A stretch of DNA of 57,023 bases. Source: a virus (Duplodnaviria > Caudoviricetes). Of the stretch, positions 1 through 8,518 are shown one piece after another. Under the pieces are notes generated by a model, which saw nothing but the letters and a program-made list of their open reading frames with translations, was not told the DNA's origin and did no database searches. The stretch covers positions 1 to 57,023 of IMG/VR virus record IMGVR_UViG_3300022917_000002; one strand, 5' to 3'. How positions within the stretch are numbered: the first letter of the stretch is position 1; every line of letters begins with the position of its first letter. The translations under genes were made by a program, and so were the position numbers.

Positions 1-104
1 GATCATCTGGCGCGGCCAGCAGGACAAGCGCGCGGCCAACCAGAACGCCACCAGCCTCGGCGAGCAGGTCGACGCCGCGTGCCAGGCCGGTGGGCAGGCG
101 GCCG
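1..104 (+). repeat. Terminal direct repeat (circular assembly overlap) with 56920..57023
   Basis: Exact 104-nt identity with the window end; an ORF reads in frame across the junction. Confidence 0.95.
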
Positions 105-706
105 CCGAGTTGCGAGCCCGGGGCGCGTGCGGCGCCGCACGCAGCATCCTCAACGATCCCGCGCAGGCCGCCCCGGTCGCCAACGTGATCACCGACGAGC
201 AGGTCCGCCGGGTCGTCACCGAGTACCTGGAGGAGAACCCGCCCGCGCCCGGCCACACGCCCTCCACGGCTGAGGTCACTGCGGTCGTTCAGCGCGTCTG
301 TGAGCGCGTCGGATGCGAGGGGCCGCCCGGGAAGGACGGCGAGGCCGGAGAGGCCGGCACGGACGGCGTCAACGGGGTCGACGGGGCGAACGGCGCCGAC
401 GGCGTCAACGGGGCTGACGGCCAGCCCGGCCCGCCGCCCACCGACGAGCAGGTCCGCGCCGTGGTCGAGGGCTACTGCGCCTCACACAACGGGTGCCGGC
501 CCACCGCCGAGGAAGTGGCGGCCGCCGTGCAGGCCTACTGCGCGGGCGCCGACCAGCCCTGCCGTGGCCAGCCCGCCACCCTCCCGGACCAGTACACGCG
601 CATAGACGAAGACCCCCTGCTCGGGTCGGTAACCTGGAGCTGCGCGCGCACCACCCCACCCGAGACCCTGCCGCCTAGCTACACCTGCACCCGGGAGAGC
701 CCATGA
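2..706 (+). CDS. C-terminal part of membrane-anchored collagen-like, Cys-rich protein (gene starts at 56828 and wraps around)
   Basis: GXY repeats GPPGKDGEAGEAGTDGVNGVDGANGADG; repeated PTxEQV..VV..YC motifs; in frame with ATG 56828. Confidence 0.8.
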   Translation: MIWRGQQDKRAANQNATSLGEQVDAACQAGGQAAAELRARGACGAARSILNDPAQAAPVANVITDEQVRRVVTEYLEENPPAPGHTPSTAEVTAVVQRVCERVGCEGPPGKDGEAGEAGTDGVNGVDGANGADGVNGADGQPGPPPTDEQVRAVVEGYCASHNGCRPTAEEVAAAVQAYCAGADQPCRGQPATLPDQYTRIDEDPLLGSVTWSCARTTPPETLPPSYTCTRESP

Positions 707-963
707 CCGTGCCGAACACCAAGCGCTACGACGGCGGCATCCGCAACGCCACGATGTGGGTGCAGGCCCACTGCCCGCAGGCCGCCCCCATCGCCCCCGA
801 GCTCGTGCGCGGTGTGGCCACCATCCTGTGGCCGCACCTGGTCATGGCCGCCACGGCGGACCTGTCCGATTCCCTGGCCGCGCAGTTCCCGGACATGGCG
901 GCCGCCCTCGACCGGGCCGTGGCGGAACGCCTCGTCGAGCTGACCGCGAAGGGCCCCCAGTGA
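703..963 (+). CDS. Hypothetical protein
   Basis: ATGA overlap with upstream stop, RBS, high GC3. Confidence 0.65.
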   Translation: MTVPNTKRYDGGIRNATMWVQAHCPQAAPIAPELVRGVATILWPHLVMAATADLSDSLAAQFPDMAAALDRAVAERLVELTAKGPQ

Positions 964-1352
964 ACATCTTCGACCACCCCGACATCACCTTCGACCCGTC
1001 GGGCCACCGCGTGTACCGCGACCACGGCCGGTGGCGCGAACACTCCGTGCCGGCGCCACCCCGGGTCCCCACGCCGGAGGAGCTGGAGGACCCGGTGGAC
1101 GCCCGGGAGGCCAGCAACGTCGTCGACGGCGTAGCGCACTCGTGTCGCATCCTGCCCGACCCGGACGCCCCGGACCTGTGCAGCGGGTGCGGCAAGGAGT
1201 GGCCGTGCCCGGACGCGCAGCGGCTGCGCGTCGACAACCTGCCTACCTTCGATGCGGACCCCGAGGAGCAGAAGCGCATGCTCATCGCGGTACGCGCAGC
1301 CCGCCAGGCCATGGACCTGCCGCCCGAGCAGGCCGAACGCACCTACCTGTAG
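960..1352 (+). CDS. Hypothetical protein with Zn-binding motif (CSGCGKEWPC)
   Basis: GTGA coupling; His/Cys motif. Confidence 0.65.
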   Translation: MNIFDHPDITFDPSGHRVYRDHGRWREHSVPAPPRVPTPEELEDPVDAREASNVVDGVAHSCRILPDPDAPDLCSGCGKEWPCPDAQRLRVDNLPTFDADPEEQKRMLIAVRAARQAMDLPPEQAERTYL

Positions 1353-1361
1353 GAGACCCCC

Positions 1362-1709
1362 GTGACCACTGTGCCGCCCGTACTGCCGCCTGCCGAGGAG
1401 CCGCCCACGACGGTGCGCGACCTCGGCTTGTCCTACCTGCGCACCGCCGTGCCGCTGTTCTGGGGCTACGTGCTGACCTGGCTGGCGATGCGCGCGCCCG
1501 CCGTGCACGATCTGCTGGACCAGCCGTACGTGACCGCGCTCGTTACCGCCCTGGTCACCCTGGCCTGGTACGCGGTGGCGCGACGGCTGGAGGCGATGCT
1601 GCCGGCGTGGCTCACCCGCGTGATCCTGGGCGCGAACACGGCGCCGGTGTATCCGCGCTCGCTGAGCTACGAGCTGGCCGCGCAGGAGGATCTTCGGGCC
1701 GAGGGCTGA
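1362..1709 (+). CDS. Holin-like membrane protein
   Basis: Two TM helices; SYLRTAVP...YAVARRLE...LG pattern typical of actinophage holins; AGGAG RBS. Confidence 0.65.
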   Translation: MTTVPPVLPPAEEPPTTVRDLGLSYLRTAVPLFWGYVLTWLAMRAPAVHDLLDQPYVTALVTALVTLAWYAVARRLEAMLPAWLTRVILGANTAPVYPRSLSYELAAQEDLRAEG

Positions 1710-1757
1710 TAGCCTGATCGAGAAGCCTCGTCGTTGGGCGCTTCGCCTCGGGAACAC

Positions 1758-1791
1758 GAACGGCCCCCACACATGGGCGTGGGGGCCGTTC
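1758..1791. terminator. Bidirectional hairpin between convergent operons
   Basis: GAACGGCCCCCAC / GTGGGGGCCGTTC 13-bp stem. Confidence 0.75.
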
Positions 1792-1811
1792 ACTCGTTGG
1801 TCTCCCGACTC

Positions 1812-2459
1812 CTAGTCCTCGTCGTCGTCGTCGTCGTCGGTCGGCGGACCCACCGGCACGTTGATCGTGCGGTTGGTGCCCGTCTTCGGGTCGTAGATCG
1901 TCCGCTCAGGCATCTGTTCACCTCCCCTCGGGTCGAAAAGATCCATCTGGCCGGACTCCAGCTTGCGCAGCGCGATGCGGCCCAGGCCGGTCACCCGCCA
2001 GGTGTCGCACAGCTGACGCGTCGCCGGGTTGCGGACACGCCGGGGCTCGCCCTCGGCCACCTCGGCGGTCGCGATGTAGCCCGCCTTGGCCAGCTCGTAG
2101 CGGCGTGGCCGCTGCGTGTTGCCGGACATGCCCGAGATGTCCTGCATCTCGAAGTCGGCCAGCGGCCCGCGCTCGGCGAGCAGCGCCAGGACCTGGTGCC
2201 GTTGGCTGCCGCTGCGCGTGCGGATGGTCTGCGCTGCCGTCCTGCTCGTCTCTGACGCGCGCGGACCGGCCTGCCCGTCGCGCTGGGCCGAGATGTCGGC
2301 GCCGACGCGCGAGAGGAGATCGTGGGCGGTCTCCAGCTCGTGCCGTATCGCGCGCAACGCGGCGTGCGCCTCGCCGTCCGTGTGCTCCCGGTCCAGCACG
2401 CGGCACAGGATCAGGCCCCGGTGGATCGAGCCGGCCGACATCGTCACAAGGTCAGCCAC
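1812..2459 (-). CDS. Winged-helix DNA-binding protein
   Basis: QRHQVLALLAERGPLADFE...NTQRPRRYELAKAGYI...WRVT wHTH pattern; acidic tail. Confidence 0.6.
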   Translation of the reverse strand: MADLVTMSAGSIHRGLILCRVLDREHTDGEAHAALRAIRHELETAHDLLSRVGADISAQRDGQAGPRASETSRTAAQTIRTRSGSQRHQVLALLAERGPLADFEMQDISGMSGNTQRPRRYELAKAGYIATAEVAEGEPRRVRNPATRQLCDTWRVTGLGRIALRKLESGQMDLFDPRGGEQMPERTIYDPKTGTNRTINVPVGPPTDDDDDDED

Positions 2460-2476
2460 GGTGGCCCCCCCTTCAC

Positions 2477-2932
2477 CTAGATGGTCCCGTGGCGGCCGAA
2501 GTCCGGCAGGACCCGGGCGCCGTCCGCCCGGCCCCACAGGTGCAGGGCGTGGACGTGGATATTGACGTGCTGCTCGGCGGGCGCGAACACCTGGTAGGCC
2601 CAACGGTCCGGGCCGAACACCGCGTAGTGCAGCGCCTTCAGGTCTTCGTAGCTCGGTGTCTGGGTCGGGCGGCTGATCGAGGCGTGGACCCAGTGCGCGC
2701 CCTCGGCGTGGCCGGAGGCGTGGTCGGCGGTCACGATGATGTTGGCCGGCCGGTCGAGGGCGCGAATCTGCCAGCCGCAGCAGCCGTGCGGGTCCGGCAC
2801 GCCCCACTCCTTGCGCCCGAGGCGCTTGCGCAGGATGAGACCGTCGATGCTGGGGCTGCCGTCGCAGGGCAGGTGCGGTTCCGCCTCGACGCGGGCCAGC
2901 CACCGCTCCAGGTCCCCGGTCACGATGCGCAC
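2477..2932 (-). CDS. Conserved phage hypothetical protein (HASIS...PSYEDL...HVNIH..ALHLW family)
   Basis: His-rich motif common in phage proteins. Confidence 0.7.
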   Translation of the reverse strand: MRIVTGDLERWLARVEAEPHLPCDGSPSIDGLILRKRLGRKEWGVPDPHGCCGWQIRALDRPANIIVTADHASGHAEGAHWVHASISRPTQTPSYEDLKALHYAVFGPDRWAYQVFAPAEQHVNIHVHALHLWGRADGARVLPDFGRHGTI

Positions 2933-3141
2933 CCCCTGCGGTGGATGGGGCAGTAGTCCTTTCCGCCCCGGGACGCCGGCTGGCCGTCCTGCTTGACGTT
3001 CACCTGCCAGTTCTCCTGTTCTGCCGTGGCGTAGATTCCTCGCGCCCCGAACAGGCTGTCTGCCTCGAAGCCGGCCGGACAGCGGCTCCCGTCGCCGGTC
3101 TCTTGGTCGCAGCGCACGCGGTATCCGCTGGGCTCGATCAC
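2920..3141 (-). CDS. Small Zn-finger-like protein
   Basis: CD...C...W...DYCPIH motif; coupled to upstream stop. Confidence 0.6.
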   Translation of the reverse strand: MIEPSGYRVRCDQETGDGSRCPAGFEADSLFGARGIYATAEQENWQVNVKQDGQPASRGGKDYCPIHRRGCAS

Positions 3142-3827
3142 TTCGGGGTCTTCCGTTCGGCTACGACGCGGTCCTTGTACACCCGCGTCCTGGTGATGGT
3201 GTCGCGCAGCACGGCGGCCATCGGGTCGTCGCCCGCCCGCGCGAACGCGTCCGCCGTGGCCTTCACCTTGGTGATCTGGGGCTCCCACTTGCCTGAGTCG
3301 ATGAGCGCGCCGAAGGCCTCGTCGATGAGCTCGGCCAGCCCGGTCTCGTCCATGCCGCCCTCGCCCGTGTCCGGGTTGCCGTGCTCCTCGATCACCAGGG
3401 CGTTGATGTTGCGGGCGGCCTGCGCGGCGAGCACGGCGCGCACCTGCTGCGGGTCGATGACGTTCTTGTTCTCGATGTCCGGCTTGACCACGATGTCGCC
3501 GCCCGCCGTGGGGATGGTGAGCCCGGACGCGGGGATGCCGTCCTGCTCGCCCACCGCGTCGATCAGCTGCTCCTCCTGCATCTGGCGGATGACCTGGCGC
3601 GCGGACTTGAACCCGCGCTCGTAGGCCTCCAGCTGCTCGTAGGTGACCTGGAGGCGCCGGTGCAGCGCGTAGGTGTCCTCGGGCTGGTGTACCTGTCCGC
3701 GCTCGTCCAGGGCGCCCGCGTAGGCCTGCTCGATGCGTTCCTTGACGGCGACGCGCAGGCGCTGCGGGTCGGGGAACTCGTCGATAAGGCTGGCCGTGAT
3801 GAACGGCTCGATGTCGGTGCTGCTCAT
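3138..3827 (-). CDS. Hypothetical protein
   Basis: AAGGA RBS, ATG 3827, strong codon bias. Confidence 0.7.
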   Translation of the reverse strand: MSSTDIEPFITASLIDEFPDPQRLRVAVKERIEQAYAGALDERGQVHQPEDTYALHRRLQVTYEQLEAYERGFKSARQVIRQMQEEQLIDAVGEQDGIPASGLTIPTAGGDIVVKPDIENKNVIDPQQVRAVLAAQAARNINALVIEEHGNPDTGEGGMDETGLAELIDEAFGALIDSGKWEPQITKVKATADAFARAGDDPMAAVLRDTITRTRVYKDRVVAERKTPK

Positions 3828-3928
3828 GGGCGTTTCCTTCGGGAACGGGCCCAGTGTCCGGCCCAGCCGAGGGCGAACCCCACGGCCAGGCCGGTCAGCA
3901 GGTCCAGGTGAATGGTGGCGTGGAACAT
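3824..3928 (-). CDS. Small membrane peptide
   Basis: MFHATIHLDLLTGLAVGFALGWAG, single TM; coupled overlaps at both ends. Confidence 0.5.
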   Translation of the reverse strand: MFHATIHLDLLTGLAVGFALGWAGHWARSRRKRP

Positions 3929-4515
3929 CAGTGGTCGCCACGCTCGGCCAGGTAGTCCCGGTACATGTCGATGGCGCCGCGCGCCTTCAGGTACCGGGAG
4001 TTGTCGCCGGACTGGAGCGCCTCGGAGGCCGACAGCTCGGCGAGCCCGAGCAGCTCGGCGACCCGGGCGCCGGTGTGGATGTCGATGATGGTGTTGGCCG
4101 CGCGCTGCCCCCGCCGGTAATCGGGGTGGCCCGGGTCGATGGTGGGCTCGGGCCGGAACCGGCCGCGCATCACGGTGACCTCGCGGGTGGCCACGGCTGC
4201 GGCCGGCGTGCTCGCGCGCGCCGCCCACGATGTCTGGCGCTGGCCCACGGGGGCGCAGACGGCCGGCTCGCTCAGCCCGATCACCTTCCGACCCAGGTCG
4301 GTCAGCTCGTAGCCGGTGGTCTGGGCGTCCAGCTCGCGCAGGGCGATCAGGTCCAGGTCCACCAGGAACTCTCGGTCGAAACCGTCCAGCACCACGCGGT
4401 TGGACCGCACGATGCCGCGCCACTCGGGATGCCGTCGGCCCAGGTTGGCCAGCTCGCGCAGCTGGGCCAGCCTGCGGGGGGATACCAGGGTCGCCGTCTG
4501 CCGGGGGGTTCTCAT
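3928..4515 (-). CDS. Hypothetical protein, possible N-terminal wHTH
   Basis: GYELTDLGRKVI wing motif; ATGA overlap. Confidence 0.55.
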   Translation of the reverse strand: MRTPRQTATLVSPRRLAQLRELANLGRRHPEWRGIVRSNRVVLDGFDREFLVDLDLIALRELDAQTTGYELTDLGRKVIGLSEPAVCAPVGQRQTSWAARASTPAAAVATREVTVMRGRFRPEPTIDPGHPDYRRGQRAANTIIDIHTGARVAELLGLAELSASEALQSGDNSRYLKARGAIDMYRDYLAERGDH

Positions 4516-4688
4516 TCGTCGTCGCTCCAGTTGTCGCACGTGCACTCGGGTTCGCAGCGGTAGTCGCTCCAGTTGTCGCACCAGCCCTCGCAGGAGCACT
4601 CGCCGCAGTTCGAGCAGTGCTCCTCCAGCAGCTCCAGGCAGACGTGGCAGGCCTCAGCGTTGGGCAGGACTGGTCCGGTGTCGCTCAT
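4512..4688 (-). CDS. Cys-rich acidic microprotein (metallothionein-like)
   Basis: 10 Cys in 58 aa, duplicated CDNWSD. Confidence 0.65.
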   Translation of the reverse strand: MSDTGPVLPNAEACHVCLELLEEHCSNCGECSCEGWCDNWSDYRCEPECTCDNWSDDE

Positions 4689-4870
4689 CGCTGCACCTTC
4701 GGGCCGCTCACGGTCACGGTGCCCTCGCATTCGCTGATCATCGTGTCAACCAGGGCGCCCTGGAGGTAGCCGCGCAGGTCCTGGCCAACGCGCTCGTCCG
4801 TCACGCCGTTCTGGGCGGCCCACTCGTTCTCATCCAGGCGGATGCGAACGGTGTAGGTGAACGCCTTCAC
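4685..4870 (-). CDS. Hypothetical protein
   Basis: GAGG RBS, GTGA coupling. Confidence 0.6.
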   Translation of the reverse strand: MKAFTYTVRIRLDENEWAAQNGVTDERVGQDLRGYLQGALVDTMISECEGTVTVSGPKVQR

Positions 4871-5142
4871 CGCTGCACCTCGATCGTGGTGGGGCTCTCG
4901 TAGTCGGCCTCGGCCCGGTACACCTTCGCGAGGCAGTGGTTGCTGCCCGAGATGACTTCGCGCTCGCCGGTGAACAGGGACACGTAGGACATCTGGGCCT
5001 CGACGCGGCAGTCCATCGAGTCGCACTGGTCGCAGGGGTCGCCGAGTCCGGTCACGCGGAGGATGGGCACGATGGAGACGGCCCGGGGGTCGATGTCGAA
5101 CTGCTCGGTGGTGGGGGTGGTGAGGGTGATTGTGCTGGTCAT
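4867..5142 (-). CDS. Hypothetical protein with CxxC motif
   Basis: First gene after the repeated promoter/leader; CDQCDSMDC...HC. Confidence 0.65.
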   Translation of the reverse strand: MTSTITLTTPTTEQFDIDPRAVSIVPILRVTGLGDPCDQCDSMDCRVEAQMSYVSLFTGEREVISGSNHCLAKVYRAEADYESPTTIEVQR

Positions 5143-5211
5143 GATCGGTCCTTCCCGGCTGGGTTGTTCCTGACATCAGAGAATCTACCCCACGGGAGCC
5201 GTGGGCGTCAA
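5143..5211 (-). promoter_or_regulatory. Repeated promoter/operator plus conserved leader
   Basis: TTGACG-CCCACGGCTCCCGTGGGG-TAGATT then GTCAGGAACAACCCAGCCGGGAAGGACC. Confidence 0.85.
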
Positions 5212-5402
5212 GTGGGTATCGCCCACGGCTCCCGTGGCTGTCAGAGACCCTTCGCCGCTGCGCGCCGTTTCCGCTGGAGCGCCATCCGGCATGCGTGACA
5301 GAACCCCTTCTGGCGAGTAGGGCCCTTCGGGCGCCAGAACTCGGGCCCATGGCCGTGCCGACAGGTTCCCAAGGGCCAATCGCGCCTGATCAGCACGAAT
5401 GC

Positions 5403-5879
5403 CTAAAACGGCGGTTCGTCCGAGAAGCCCGAGCCGTACCGCTGCGGCGTGGGTGGAGGCGGGGCGGAACCCCACGGGTCGTCGGCCGGCGCCGAGCCGC
5501 TCGACGACTGGCCGCGCTCGGGCCGGTTCACCTTCGCGCTGGCCCACTTCAGCGACGGGCCCACCTCGTCGACCTCCAGCTCCATGACGGTGCGCTTCTC
5601 GCCCTCACGGGTCTCGAAGGACCGCTGCTTGAGTCGGCCCTGCACGATCACGCGGGCGCCCCGGGTCAGCGACTCGGCCGCGTTCTCGGCGGCCTGCCGC
5701 CAGATGTTGCAGCGCAGGAACAGCGCGTCGCCGTCCTTCCACTCCCCGGACGCCTTGTCGAACGAGCGGGGCGTACTGGCCACGGTGAAGTTGGCGACCG
5801 CCGCACCGGACTGCGTGAACCGCAGCTCGGGGTCAGCGGTCAGGTTGCCTACCACCGTGATGATCGTGTCGCCGGCCAT
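5403..5879 (-). CDS. ssb: Single-stranded DNA-binding protein
   Basis: [22 protein letters not shown]...DEPPF, actinobacterial SSB. Confidence 0.97.
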   Translation of the reverse strand: MAGDTIITVVGNLTADPELRFTQSGAAVANFTVASTPRSFDKASGEWKDGDALFLRCNIWRQAAENAAESLTRGARVIVQGRLKQRSFETREGEKRTVMELEVDEVGPSLKWASAKVNRPERGQSSSGSAPADDPWGSAPPPPTPQRYGSGFSDEPPF

Positions 5880-6220
5880 CAGAAGTTGATCCTCTCCAGC
5901 AGGGTGGCGAGCGCCTCGCTGTACTCGCGCAGGCGCTTCGGGTCCTCGATCTCCGCGAGCTGCTCGCGGTACCAGTCGGCCATGCGCTCGTCGTCGTACC
6001 CGAGCATCTCTTGGCGGAAGCGATCGAAGGCGTCGGCCTCTTCGATGCAGTCCCAGTCGCCGTCCCGCAGCGCGGCCGCGATGGCGGCCACGAACGGGCG
6101 CAGCACCTCGTCCACGGCCTGGCGGTTGAACACCTCCGGCTCTGGGCGCATGCTCGCCAGGAGGGCGTCAGCGGCCCCTACGGCGGCATCCATGATCTCG
6201 GTTGCGCTGCACCAGCCCAC
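5879..6220 (-). CDS. Hypothetical protein
   Basis: GGAGG RBS, coupled to ssb. Confidence 0.7.
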   Translation of the reverse strand: MGWCSATEIMDAAVGAADALLASMRPEPEVFNRQAVDEVLRPFVAAIAAALRDGDWDCIEEADAFDRFRQEMLGYDDERMADWYREQLAEIEDPKRLREYSEALATLLERINF

Positions 6221-6221
6221 G

Positions 6222-6533
6222 TCAGGCCTCCTTCTTGTCGGGCGCGCTCTGGGCGGTCCGCATCAGGTCTGGCAGGCCCGAACTCCGTATCCTGTCCCAA
6301 ATCCTTCGGGCCTCGGCGGCGAACGCCTCGACATCCTCCGGACGGTTCGAGGCGCGGACCCGGCGCAGGGCCTCGGCGGCGAGCCGCTCGGTGGTCAGGC
6401 CGGGCGCCTGGCGCGCCTCTTCCGCGACCAGCTCCCGCACCTCGCGCGCCAGCTTGATGCCGGAGCGGGTGGCCTGCGTGGCGAGCAGCAGCAGCTGCAC
6501 CGCGCGCACGGCGGTCAGCAGTTTCGCGTTCAA
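6222..6533 (-). CDS. Hypothetical protein
   Basis: AAGGAG RBS before TTG 6533. Confidence 0.55.
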   Translation of the reverse strand: MNAKLLTAVRAVQLLLLATQATRSGIKLAREVRELVAEEARQAPGLTTERLAAEALRRVRASNRPEDVEAFAAEARRIWDRIRSSGLPDLMRTAQSAPDKKEA

Positions 6534-6991
6534 CGGGACTCCTTCGTTGCGGTGACGGACTGGGCGCGCAGGTGGCTGACCACCTGGCGCAGCATCTCGG
6601 CGTTGACGCCCAGGTCGCGCAGGGCGGCCACGGTGACCGTGTCGTCGGCCAGGACGGCGAGCACGGCGCGCAGCGACGACAGGGCGGCCGGCTCCTGCCA
6701 GTGCTCGCCGTCCAAGCGGGGCGCCTCGTAGACGGCGATACGGCCACCGACGGGGGCCCGGTACTGCCGGTCCTGCGGCAGATCCTGGGCGAGGATCGGC
6801 CAGCTCTTGCGGACCTTCTTGCGGATCTCCAGGGCTGCGGCGTCCCACTGGTCGGCATACGCCTGCACCCAGTCGGCGGCCTTCTCCTCGGCCTCGGCGC
6901 GCTGCCTGAGCAGGCGCTGCTGGTGCTGCTCGCGCAGGCGCTCGCTGGCCTGCTCGGCGGCTGCGGTCAGCTGCTTGACGTTCAGTCTCAT
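6530..6991 (-). CDS. Hypothetical protein (coiled-coil N-terminus)
   Basis: GAGGAG RBS, codon bias. Confidence 0.65.
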   Translation of the reverse strand: MRLNVKQLTAAAEQASERLREQHQQRLLRQRAEAEEKAADWVQAYADQWDAAALEIRKKVRKSWPILAQDLPQDRQYRAPVGGRIAVYEAPRLDGEHWQEPAALSSLRAVLAVLADDTVTVAALRDLGVNAEMLRQVVSHLRAQSVTATKESR

Positions 6992-7356
6992 GGGCGTGCG
7001 GTCTCCTCGGGGGGTTTGATTTGGATCTTGTAAAACCGGCCGTCCCTGGCGGTCGGCACGATCAGGCCGTGCATGCGCAGCTCGAACGCCTGCGGGACCT
7101 CATGCCCGACACGACCCAGGTGCGAATACCAGACGGCCTCGGTCTCGTCCGCGCGTCTCCACTCGCGTACGGCGAGCCGGATCGGTCGCACCGCGTCAGC
7201 CGAGAACGCGTGCACCTGATAGCTGTCCGGGAGCTTCACGGACAGCTGGACCGGGGCCTGGTTCGCGACCGCCGCCAGGCCCCGGTAGTCGTCGAGGTCC
7301 GCCAGGCCGTACGGGTCGTTGTTGGGGGTCAGGTCCGCCCACGGCGAGGCCCTCAC
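6988..7356 (-). CDS. Hypothetical protein
   Basis: GTGA coupling. Confidence 0.55.
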   Translation of the reverse strand: MRASPWADLTPNNDPYGLADLDDYRGLAAVANQAPVQLSVKLPDSYQVHAFSADAVRPIRLAVREWRRADETEAVWYSHLGRVGHEVPQAFELRMHGLIVPTARDGRFYKIQIKPPEETARP

Positions 7357-7835
7357 GGCAGCGCCAGGTCTACCCGGTCCAGCAGGTCCAGCTGGCGCAG
7401 GCGCTCGTACAGGCGGACCTCGTAGCCAGCCAGGACCACGATGTCCGCATCCGCGATCGGGTGGCACCTCGTCTCGATCGCCACGAGGTCCGCCGAGCCC
7501 CAGATGGTGGGCCCGTCCGGGCGCGGGTACACGGCGACGTGCGGGACCTCGGGCGGCAGGTGCAGGGTGGTGTTCGCGGGCGTCCAGATCTCGTGCTCCA
7601 GGTTGAACCCGGCCAGGGTGAGGGCGCCCTGGCCCTCGGCCTGAAGGACATCGACGTACACGTGGGCGCGCTCGTGGGCGTGGACGGTGGACACCTTGCC
7701 GGGCCGCATGCGGATGCGGACCTTCGACAGGGGCCCGCTGTCCTCCATCAGCACCTGGAAGTTCTGGCCCTGCATGCCGGCTCGGGTGTTGCTCGGGTCC
7801 TCGGACGGCCACGGGAAGTTGATCGGGACGCTCAT
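7353..7835 (-). CDS. Cupin-domain protein
   Basis: PGKVSTVHAHERAH and HLPPEVPH cupin motifs. Confidence 0.7.
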   Translation of the reverse strand: MSVPINFPWPSEDPSNTRAGMQGQNFQVLMEDSGPLSKVRIRMRPGKVSTVHAHERAHVYVDVLQAEGQGALTLAGFNLEHEIWTPANTTLHLPPEVPHVAVYPRPDGPTIWGSADLVAIETRCHPIADADIVVLAGYEVRLYERLRQLDLLDRVDLALP

Positions 7836-8518
7836 GGGCGGTAGCTCCCTTGTCGCGGCGGTGCGCCCTGCGAGCCGCCGGCCTGGTAGGTGGACTGGAT
7901 GGAGCGCCCCACCGACTGGTAGCCGGTCAGGATGGAGCGCAGGTTGTGCATCGTCTGCTTGATGGCTTCCTTGGTCATCTTCGCTTCGCTCGCGGCCCGC
8001 GCCAGGTCGGCCGTCTTGACGGTGGCCTCGGCCTTGCGCTTGTCCTGGCTGGACGCCTGCGACTGGTGGATGACCGTCTCGTAGGCCAGGTTCAGCTCCT
8101 GCGCGGTCCGGTAGGCGGCCTCGATCGCCTCGCGCTCGAACAGGGCGCCGGTCTCCAGCCGGTACAGCACGTCGAGGATGTGGTGTTCCACGTCGTCGGG
8201 CGTGTACATCTGGGTGGGGTCGATGAGCGCCAGGGTCGAGGCGATCGGGTCGGCCGCCGCGTAGACGGCCGTGCCGCCCCGGCGGGCGCCGTCGGCCAGC
8301 TCGACGGTGCTGCCGGGGGCGGCGAAGGTGGCCAGCACTCCGCAGCCGCACAGGGCGACGGGCTCGCCGTCCGGGCCGTCTGGCACGTAGACCACCTCGG
8401 GCGCGTACTCGCACGCGTCGTGCCCGGCCCGCGCCAGGGCGGCCGCCAGCTGCTGGGCGAGCCGGGCGCTGATCTCGCCGGCCTCCAGCTGCGGCTCGCC
8501 GTCCGCGAAGTCGCTCAT
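7832..8518 (-). CDS. Hypothetical protein, C-terminal coiled coil
   Basis: Follows ERF; helical C-terminus. Confidence 0.65.
   Translation of the reverse strand: MSDFADGEPQLEAGEISARLAQQLAAALARAGHDACEYAPEVVYVPDGPDGEPVALCGCGVLATFAAPGSTVELADGARRGGTAVYAAADPIASTLALIDPTQMYTPDDVEHHILDVLYRLETGALFEREAIEAAYRTAQELNLAYETVIHQSQASSQDKRKAEATVKTADLARAASEAKMTKEAIKQTMHNLRSILTGYQSVGRSIQSTYQAGGSQGAPPRQGSYRP

Noticed and set aside
1-104. Biological direct terminal repeat
   Set aside because: It falls mid-gene with the frame continuous, so it is best explained as assembler overlap of a circular or permuted genome
1815-1840. GTC microsatellite
   Set aside because: Encodes the poly-Asp tail of the minus-strand gene
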